Source of the DNA: an uncultured Verrucomicrobiae bacterium
GTDB taxonomy: Bacteria; Verrucomicrobiota; Verrucomicrobiia; Limisphaerales; Palsa-1400
DNA: 64,000 nucleotides
Direction: 5' to 3'
NCBI GenBank assembly: GCA_963707025.1
Contig: CAVPOM010000018.1
Location: forward strand, 320,001-384,000
Shown here piece after piece: positions 57,117 to 64,000 of this stretch. Position 1 is the stretch's first letter. Each line of letters begins with the position of its first letter. The notes beneath the pieces are model-generated. The model was not told where the DNA came from. It was given only the letters and a program-made list of their open reading frames with translations, and searched no databases. A program made the position numbers and the translations under genes.

Positions 57117-58256
57117 ATGAAAGACCATGTTGAAAAACGGGTCGCCGCCCTCTTTTTTTTGATGCTGGTGATCCTGGCCGCCGTCGCCTGGGCTGCTGTC
57201 AACAATATCCAGAACTCCAAGGACAAGTCCGACTGGGTCAACCACACCCACGCCGTCCTGCAGCGTGCCACCGACATCTCCGGCTACCTTCACGCCGGCG
57301 ATGCTTTTATGAACGCCTACCTCCTGAGCGGCGCCCAACGCGATCAGGACAATTATCGCCGCGATGGCTACTACGCCATGCTCGAGGCTCTGACAGATGC
57401 CAAGGCCCTGACCCGCCGCGACCGCACCGAGGAAGCCCAGCACGGCGAGTTTTTGCAATTGGAAAAGCTCCTCCTCCAGCACTTGGCCGCTTGCAAAGCC
57501 CTGGTCCTGGCTCGTGAACAAGGAGGAGTGGACGGCGCCCGCCAAGCCGCCCTGGCCCATCCGGAGGCGGAGTCCACCGACGAGATTGACCGCCTGATTG
57601 CAAACCTCAAGCAGTTGGAAAACAGGCTCCTCAGCCAGCGCGACCAAGAGGCCAAAAAACAGGCCGACGATACCACCCATCTCATTTATGCCGGTGTCGT
57701 GGTCAACTTCGCCCTGCTCCTCTTCGCCAGTATGCTCATTCGCGACGACCTCCATGCCCGGCGCCTGGCCGCCACCGCCATGGCGCAAGCCAATGCCCAA
57801 CTCGAGGCCAAAGTCCAAGAACGCACCGCCCAACTCGTCCAGAGCAACCAAGCCCTCAAAAAGGAGAACCTGGAACGCCGCTGGTCCTACCAGGCGCTCG
57901 ATCACCAATTCCGTTACAATCAACTCATCGTCAATGCCATCAGCGAAATGGTCTTTGTCGTCAGCAAAGCTCTCAATGTCAGCCGCGTCAACCCCTCCGT
58001 CACCCATCTCACCCAATGGGAGGAGCAGGACCTCATTTCCCAATCCATCGGGCGCGTGCTGCAACTGCCGCCCGACGGCCCGGCCAACCCCATTCTCGCC
58101 GCCTTGAACGAAGGCCGCGAACTCCAGGAACGCCCGGCCGTGGTGCTCACCAAATCCGGTGCCACCATCCCGGTTCGCTTCAACCTCGTCCCGTTGCGCG
58201 ATGACAACAAAGTCGTGGGCGGCGTCCTGACCGTCAGGCCCACCGCACATCCATGA
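57117..58256 (+). CDS. CHASE3 plus PAS membrane sensor lacking a kinase or output domain
   Basis: TM, WVNHT CHASE3, TM, LEAKVQERTAQL coiled coil, PAS (VNP...LTKSGATIPV...VVGGVLT), then stop. Confidence 0.82.
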   Translation: MKDHVEKRVAALFFLMLVILAAVAWAAVNNIQNSKDKSDWVNHTHAVLQRATDISGYLHAGDAFMNAYLLSGAQRDQDNYRRDGYYAMLEALTDAKALTRRDRTEEAQHGEFLQLEKLLLQHLAACKALVLAREQGGVDGARQAALAHPEAESTDEIDRLIANLKQLENRLLSQRDQEAKKQADDTTHLIYAGVVVNFALLLFASMLIRDDLHARRLAATAMAQANAQLEAKVQERTAQLVQSNQALKKENLERRWSYQALDHQFRYNQLIVNAISEMVFVVSKALNVSRVNPSVTHLTQWEEQDLISQSIGRVLQLPPDGPANPILAALNEGRELQERPAVVLTKSGATIPVRFNLVPLRDDNKVVGGVLTVRPTAHP

Positions 58257-58642
58257 AAAAGCACATTCTTTCAGTTGATGACGAAAAGGACATCCGCGAA
58301 CTGCTCCAGGAAAGCCTGGGCATGCAGGGCTACCGCGTCTCCACCGCCGCCACCCCCGGCGAAGCCCGCACAATCGCCAAGGCCGACCGCCCTGACTTGA
58401 TCATCCTTGACTTTCAAATCGAGGAAGGCGACGGCTTTGTCTTGATTGACGAATTCCGCAACCTCTATCCCGGCATCCCGCTCATGCTCCTGACCGGCGC
58501 TGTCTTCGCCAAGGGCGCCGTCCGCGAAGTCATCGAGAAGAAAGTCGCCAGCTACCTGGACAAAACCGCTTCCCTCTCCCAGATCACTGCCGAAATCCAT
58601 CGTCTCATCGGCGATCCCGAAGCCGGGGGGGCGAAGGAATAA
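58253..58642 (+). CDS. Single-domain response regulator
   Basis: ILSVDDE, PDLIILD, LLTG, YLDK; ATGA overlap with the sensor. Confidence 0.9.
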   Translation: MKKHILSVDDEKDIRELLQESLGMQGYRVSTAATPGEARTIAKADRPDLIILDFQIEEGDGFVLIDEFRNLYPGIPLMLLTGAVFAKGAVREVIEKKVASYLDKTASLSQITAEIHRLIGDPEAGGAKE

Positions 58643-58697
58643 TCCCCGCCCTGCTCTCCCCAGCCGCAGGGAATGGAGAGAACCGGGGTTGGAATGG

Positions 58698-59678
58698 CTA
58701 CAAACCCCGCGGCTTCAAGCCCGCCCTCGCATAAACCGCGTCAATCACCCGCAGATTCGCCACCGCGTCCGCCGCCGTGGTCAGGATGGGCCCCTCGCCT
58801 CGCACCGCCGCGGCGAAGGCCCGCAACTGCCAGGCATAACTTCGCTCCGGCGAAAACCGTTCCACCCGTGTCCCGCCCTCACTCCGCACCTTCAGCCGGT
58901 GGAAAAGATGCGGCTGGAACGGAAACCAGACCCGCAATTCCCCCTTCGTTCCCCGGACCAGCGCCCAGGTCCGCAGCAAAACCCGCGACCACAAGGAGCA
59001 GGTCATGCGGGCTGTTGCGCCCGCCGGGAACCGGAAATCCGCCTCCATAAAGCGGTCAATTTGCGGCGAAGCCAGCAGCGCCCGCGCCCCGGTCACCTCC
59101 GGCTCCGCCCCCGCCAGGAAGCGAATCACATTAATGCAATAACAGCCCACGTCCATCGTCGCTCCGCCACCCAACTCATACCGGTAGCGGATGTCGGAAC
59201 GATTCCAGAGCGGCGCGCAAAAATGCGCTTCCATCCGCTGCAACCCGCCCAATTCCCCGCCCGCCACAATCTCCTTCATCCGCAACACCAGCGGATGACA
59301 GCGGTAATGAAATGCCTCCGCCAAAATCCGCCCGGCCCTGGCCGCCGCCTCCTGCATCCGTTGCGCTTCCGGCGCATTGCAGCCCAGGGGCTTCTCGCAA
59401 AGCACATGTTTGCCCGCCTGCAGGGCGCGGATGCTCCACTCCGCGTGCAAACTATTGGGCAGCGCATTGTAAACCGCGTCAATCCCCGCATCCTCCGTCA
59501 ACTCCTGGTAACTTCCCAGCGCCCTCGGTATCCCGAACCGCCGGGCAAATTCGCCCGCCCGCGCCGGGTCCCGCGCGGCCACCGCCTCGACCCGCACCTG
59601 CCCGGCCAGCGCTTGGGCGGGTCGGACCATGGCCGCCGGTCCAATCCGCCCCGCCCCCAACATGCCGATTCTGATCAT
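58698..59678 (-). CDS. Gfo/Idh/MocA-family oxidoreductase
   Basis: GMLGAGRI, DAVYNALPNSLH, GKHVLCEKP, GGGATMDVGCY. Confidence 0.93.
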   Translation of the reverse strand: MIRIGMLGAGRIGPAAMVRPAQALAGQVRVEAVAARDPARAGEFARRFGIPRALGSYQELTEDAGIDAVYNALPNSLHAEWSIRALQAGKHVLCEKPLGCNAPEAQRMQEAAARAGRILAEAFHYRCHPLVLRMKEIVAGGELGGLQRMEAHFCAPLWNRSDIRYRYELGGGATMDVGCYCINVIRFLAGAEPEVTGARALLASPQIDRFMEADFRFPAGATARMTCSLWSRVLLRTWALVRGTKGELRVWFPFQPHLFHRLKVRSEGGTRVERFSPERSYAWQLRAFAAAVRGEGPILTTAADAVANLRVIDAVYARAGLKPRGL

Positions 59679-59938
59679 CTCGCCAATTTATTATCGTCTT
59701 GGGCCATGCCAAACAACTGCATCGGCCGCGTGAGGCGCCAAGGAAATCTGCCCATCTTCATAAGGTGACCGCAGCCGGCGACGGGCCGGATCGCCTGCTC
59801 CCGGCGGAACGCGCTCCGCCATGAGTATCGCCTTGTCAACATAATAAAAAATCACATGGCCCTGGCAGGGACGCTCGACGCGCCCGGAACGCAGTCCGGT
59901 CAATTCCCTGCCATTGGCCGAACATTGGGCAAACCTGT

Positions 59939-62677
59939 TTAGAACGCCACGATCTTGGGGAAGTTTTTTTCGGGGTCAATGTTCATGTCCCGCATGGCCT
60001 GGGCGACGATCTCGGGGCGGATGGCGCCGCGTTGGGCCAGGGCGTGCAGCGTCGCCAGCACGGTGCTTTCGGCGTCGATTTCGAAAAAGCGGCGCAAGTG
60101 TTCGCGGGTTTCGCTGCGGCCAAAACCATCGGTGCCCAGGGTGGTCAAACCGCCCGGAACCCATCGGGCGATCTGGTCGGGAACGATTTTCATGTAGTCG
60201 GAAACGGCGATGAAAGGACCGGTTTCTCTTTCGAGCAGTTGCTGGAGGTAGGGCTTGCGGGCGGGCTGGGTCGGGTGCAGCATGTTCCAGCGCGCGGCCA
60301 GCAGGGCTTCGTTGCGCAGATTCTTGTAGGAGGTGGCGCTCCAAACGTCGGCCGAGACTTCGTAGCGCGCCGCCAGAATTTCCTGGGCGCGCAGGGCGGA
60401 ATGGATGAGGCTGCCGCTGCCGAGGAGGTGGGCCCGGTGTGGCTGGCCCTGCGGGCCGGGCTTGAATTTGTAGAGGCCCTTGATGATCCCCTCGGCGCAA
60501 TCCGGCGGCATGGCCGGCTGGGGATAGGCTTCGTTGTAAAGGCAAAGGTAATACATGATTTCCTCGCCGTCCTCGAACATCCGTTTCATGCCCTCGCAGA
60601 TAATGGCCGCCACTTCGTAGGCGAAGGCCGGATCATACACGTAAAGAGTCGGAATGGTGGAGGCGCTGAGCGGGGAATGGCCGTCCTGGTGTTGCAGCCC
60701 CTCGCCGTTGAGGGTGGTCCGGCCGGAAGTGGCGCCGAGCAAAAAACCCTTGGCCCGGCTGTCGCCCGCCAGCCAGAATTCATCGCCCACCCGCTGCGGG
60801 CCGAACATGGAGTAGTAAATATAGAAGGGAATCAGGTTGACGGCGTGGTTGGCGTAGGCCGTGCCCGCCGCGACAAAGGAGGCCATCGCGCCGGCTTCGG
60901 TGATGCCTTCTTCCAGAATCTGCCCGTCCTTGGCTTCGTGGTAGTAGCTGAAGCCGGCCTCCTTGTCCACCGGCTCGTAAAGCTGTCCCTTGGAGGAGTA
61001 GATGCCGATCTGGCTGAAGAGCGGATCCATGCCGAAGGTGCGCGCTTCGTCGGGTATGATCGGCACGACCCGCCGGCCCACCTGCGGGTCCCGCGCCAGA
61101 ATGGTGAGGAGGCGGACAAAACTCTTGGTGGTGGAGGCCTCCCTCGCGCCGGAACCCTCGAGCAATTCCGGGAACGCCTCCAGACGCGGCGTTTTGAGCG
61201 GCGCGGCCTTGACCTCGCGCTTGGGGACGAATCCGCCCAGCTTCCGGCGCCGTTCCAACAAGTACTTCGTTTCGGCCGAATCCCGGGCCGGGCGAAAGAA
61301 GGGCGTGTCAACAATATCTTCATCGCCAATCGGCACGTCGAAGCGCGCCCGGAACTCGCGCAGCTCCTTTTCGTTCATTTTCTTCTGCTGGTGGGAAATA
61401 TTGCGGCCTTCGCCCGCTTCCCCCAGGCCGTAGCCCTTGACCGTCTTGGCCAGAATGGCGGTGGGGCCGCCCGGGTGTTCCACGGCGGCCTTGTAGGCGG
61501 CATAAACTTTGACCGGATCGTGGCCGCCGCGCACCAGGCGGGTCAGGTCGTCGTCGCTCAGATGGTCCACCAGCCGGAGGAGCTGGGGATATTTGCCGAA
61601 GAAATGGCGGCGGATGTAGCTGCCGGGGGCGACGGTGTATTTTTGGAAATCTCCGTCCACCGCCTCATCCATGCGCTTGAGCAACTGGCCCGATTCGTCC
61701 CGGGCGAAGAGGTCATCCCAGGCCGAGCCCCAGATGACTTTGATGACATGCCAGCCCGCGCCGCGAAAAACGCCCTCCAGTTCCTGGATGATCTTGCCGT
61801 TGCCGCGCACCGGGCCGTCCAGGCGCTGTAAATTGCAGTTGACAACCCAGGTGAGGTTGTCCAGCCCCTCCCGCGCCGCCAGGCTCAGGGCCCCGAGGGT
61901 TTCCGGCTCATCGGCTTCGCCATCGCCCACGAAGGCCCAAACCCGCGGTTCCTGCTCCGTTTGCAGCAGGCCGCGCGCCTTGAGGTAGCGGACAAAGCGC
62001 GCCTGGTAGATGGACATGATGGGGCCCAGACCCATGGAGACGGTGGGAAATTGCCAGAAATCAGGCATCAAATAGGGATGCGGGTAGGAAGACAGCCCGC
62101 CGCCCTCGCCCAGTTCGCGCCGGAAATTGTGCAGTTGGCGCTCGTCCAGGCGGTACTCCAAATAGGCGCGGGCGTAATTGCCCGGCGAGGTGTGCCCCTG
62201 AAAATAAACAAGGTCGGCGGGCCATTTATGATGGTCGCCGCCGCGGAAGAAATGGTTGTAGGCCACTTCGTAAAGCGTGGCCATGGAGGCATAGCTGGAA
62301 ATATGGCCGCCCACCTCGGCTCCCTCCCGCTGGGCGTTGACCACCATGGCCATGGCGTTCCAGCGGGCCAGGCTCTTGATGCGCCGCTCCACTTCCCGGT
62401 TGCCGGGATAATGCGGCTCGGCTCCGGGCGGGATGGTGTTGATGTAGGGCGTCCTGACCGGCTGCGCCGCCGCCGACCCCGCCGAGCGCAGGCGCAGAAT
62501 CAGGTCGTTGCGCAACAAACGGGCCACTTCCGCGTCCAGGTTTCCAAGCCCCGCCTCAATGGTCCCCTCCAGCGCGCTGACCAAACTGTGATCGGACGGG
62601 CCGGGCGCCCTGGGCGGCGGGGCCGGCCGGACCGCGGCGGCGGGCCGGCGGGATTTAGGTCTGCTTTGCAAGTTCAA
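59939..62677 (-). CDS. aceE: Pyruvate dehydrogenase E1, homodimeric type
   Basis: GGHISSYAS, YFQGH, PTVSMGLG, GDGEADEPE...NCNLQRLDG, IIPDEARTFG, EGLQHQDG; start uncertain. Confidence 0.95.
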   Translation of the reverse strand: MNLQSRPKSRRPAAAVRPAPPPRAPGPSDHSLVSALEGTIEAGLGNLDAEVARLLRNDLILRLRSAGSAAAQPVRTPYINTIPPGAEPHYPGNREVERRIKSLARWNAMAMVVNAQREGAEVGGHISSYASMATLYEVAYNHFFRGGDHHKWPADLVYFQGHTSPGNYARAYLEYRLDERQLHNFRRELGEGGGLSSYPHPYLMPDFWQFPTVSMGLGPIMSIYQARFVRYLKARGLLQTEQEPRVWAFVGDGEADEPETLGALSLAAREGLDNLTWVVNCNLQRLDGPVRGNGKIIQELEGVFRGAGWHVIKVIWGSAWDDLFARDESGQLLKRMDEAVDGDFQKYTVAPGSYIRRHFFGKYPQLLRLVDHLSDDDLTRLVRGGHDPVKVYAAYKAAVEHPGGPTAILAKTVKGYGLGEAGEGRNISHQQKKMNEKELREFRARFDVPIGDEDIVDTPFFRPARDSAETKYLLERRRKLGGFVPKREVKAAPLKTPRLEAFPELLEGSGAREASTTKSFVRLLTILARDPQVGRRVVPIIPDEARTFGMDPLFSQIGIYSSKGQLYEPVDKEAGFSYYHEAKDGQILEEGITEAGAMASFVAAGTAYANHAVNLIPFYIYYSMFGPQRVGDEFWLAGDSRAKGFLLGATSGRTTLNGEGLQHQDGHSPLSASTIPTLYVYDPAFAYEVAAIICEGMKRMFEDGEEIMYYLCLYNEAYPQPAMPPDCAEGIIKGLYKFKPGPQGQPHRAHLLGSGSLIHSALRAQEILAARYEVSADVWSATSYKNLRNEALLAARWNMLHPTQPARKPYLQQLLERETGPFIAVSDYMKIVPDQIARWVPGGLTTLGTDGFGRSETREHLRRFFEIDAESTVLATLHALAQRGAIRPEIVAQAMRDMNIDPEKNFPKIVAF

Positions 62678-62805
62678 TGTTTACGGTTTAAAGTCCGGGC
62701 ATGCGCTGCGCTCATACCCTGGTTGGATTCTAAAGTTCCTTGTTCAAAGTTCAAAGTTTTTTTTGACAAGTTTCTTTTGGCGGTCGTAACACGACACCTG
62801 CGCCT

Positions 62806-62854
62806 TCGGGCCGGCTTCCAGCCTGCCGGTTCCGGGGGCATCCCTGCCCCCGGT
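62806..62854. repeat. REP-like double hairpin
   Basis: ggcttccagcc-tgccggttccgggggcatccctgcccccgg. Confidence 0.5.
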
Positions 62855-63103
62855 GCGATTAAGATTAGGAAGAGTGTTCAAGATTGGATGCACGGCAGGC
62901 CCCCCTGGGGTCGGGAAGTGAAATTAGGTGAAATTGAGTGAAAACAAGCGGCATGGTTTGAACCGCCAAATACTGCAAATACGCGAACCCCGAACTCCAG
63001 TGGTTCCGCCGTCGCCCGGCGTGGCCGAGCTTCCGCCGTCGTTAAAACTTTGGCGCACGAGATGGCGGACAACGGAGTGATGGAGTGATGGGTGCGGTGG
63101 TTC

Positions 63104-63395
63104 AAAAAAAAGGTGCTTTGATTTACCTTGATTAGCTTTGTGGGTCTTAATTTTGAAAACTCATTTCGCAGCGTAAATTGTTCATGCACAGGCACTTGGC
63201 TTTGTTTTCCGACAATGGTTTGACGGGGTTTGACCGGGGTTTGACCGGGGTTTGACCGGCTGGGGGTCGCAGGCAGAAGGCAGCGTGCCAGGAATCCTGG
63301 TCCCGCCGCCGTCCCATGCCGCTGTGGCCGTTCCCCTTTTCACTATGCAAATTTTAGCATATAAATCAGGGCCGTCAACGGAAATATGTGGATTT
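63104..63395 (-). repeat. Promoter-hairpin-tandem-repeat element copy C (diverged, inverted)
   Basis: TTGACG-N16-TAAAAT, ttgcatagtg, GGCGGCGGGACCAGGATTCCTGGCACGCTGCC hairpin, (CCGGTCAAACC)n, 38-nt block matching copy B at 31/38, T-run. Confidence 0.75.
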
Positions 63396-63462
63396 TCGCA
63401 AGGCGCTGAGCATTAGATACTGAGGCCTGGAAATTATGGAGGATAAACTATCCATGGAAGAC

Positions 63463-63544
63463 GGCAGGGCGAGACTCGTTCGAGCCGTGGCTTTCTCTTA
63501 AGAAATCGAATATCGGCTCGATCCCGATGAATCGGGACCCTGCC
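63463..63544. repeat. REP-like palindromic element
   Basis: ggcagggcgagactcgttcgagccg...cggctcgatcccgatgaatcgggaccctgcc. Confidence 0.72.
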
Positions 63545-63681
63545 ACCCAGGACGGACGCATTGCACTGCACGGGGGATGGAGGATGGCGGCTGAGTTGGG
63601 GCGGCCGGCCGCAAGGCTCCGAGCGGCGAATTGCTTCCCAATAGGTCGGTGTCCTCTGCGCCTAATCTCCTTGCGGCCGCC

Positions 63682-64000
63682 TCATTGGGAGCTGATGCGG
63701 TAAAAGCGAGGCGCAGTGCCCGGCTGAAAGGGTTCGCTGAAATAATACGCGCCGTTGGTCAGGGCGAGGCTTTGCAGTGGCGTCCAAACGGGGCCGGCGA
63801 GATTGGTGCAGGCTTGCACCACGATGGGGATATTGGTGGTGCCGGTGATGTTGAACCCAAATAGACCGTTCCGCACGCCAAAGCTGCCGTCGCCGGTTTG
63901 AATCAGCGGGTTCCAGAGCACGGCCGGCCAACCGTCGAAGGAATTGCTCCAACCAGTGGTGCCTGGCAGATAATAGAACGTTACGGGGCCAGGCACGAAC
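63682..64000 (-). CDS. C-terminal part of a surface protein (probably BspA-like leucine-rich repeat type), truncated by the window edge
   Basis: YYLPGTTGW...LWNP...FGFNITGT...ACTNL...W..L...RFYRI. Confidence 0.75.
   Translation of the reverse strand, partial: FVPGPVTFYYLPGTTGWSNSFDGWPAVLWNPLIQTGDGSFGVRNGLFGFNITGTTNIPIVVQACTNLAGPVWTPLQSLALTNGAYYFSEPFQPGTAPRFYRISSQ

Noticed and set aside
47231..62677. Separation of aceE from aceF-lpdA as a novel arrangement
   Set aside because: Split PDH loci are common.
1..64000. tRNA, rRNA, known riboswitches, integrase, prophage
   Set aside because: None recognised by eye; a covariance-model scan would be needed to exclude small RNAs.

Overview
High-GC bacterial window, most consistent with Verrucomicrobiota subdivision 3 (Pedosphaerales-like); this is inferred from GloVer-type repeat proteins, FYR-ending C-terminal domains, the FtsZ tail style and dcw layout. 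In order it contains: a partial beta-propeller sensor, htpX and toxin-antitoxin (TA) cassettes; a minus-strand dcw cluster (mraZ, hypothetical, rsmH, ftsL, ftsI, murF, mraY, LysM protein, ftsW, murG, murB, ddl, ftsQ, ftsA, ftsZ) lacking murC, murD and murE; queA; a GntR/ABC operon; two large secreted proteins; a PlsY-like plus GNAT-PLP fusion operon; ggt; an accessory island (MITE-like palindromes, TIR-like fragment, FGE-sulfatase gene, complete IS4-family element with 9-bp target duplication); MFS, tsaB, tsaE, thiL, CAAX protease, prmA, peroxiredoxin; PDH E2/E3; an SPFH protein; a Mo-hydroxylase cluster; FN3, CHASE3-PAS and receiver genes; Gfo/Idh/MocA; aceE; and a partial surface protein. 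Most notable: (1) TA cassettes stacked at the ftsZ 3' end and separated by recoded copies of the ftsZ tail; (2) a dcw-embedded hypothetical protein with a 20-aa segment resembling the FtsZ C-terminal region; (3) a promoter-bearing, structured non-coding element in three copies, two flanking a cargo gene; (4) a candidate amino-lipid operon. Several single-base frameshifts may be assembly errors. All calls are by eye; no database searches were run.
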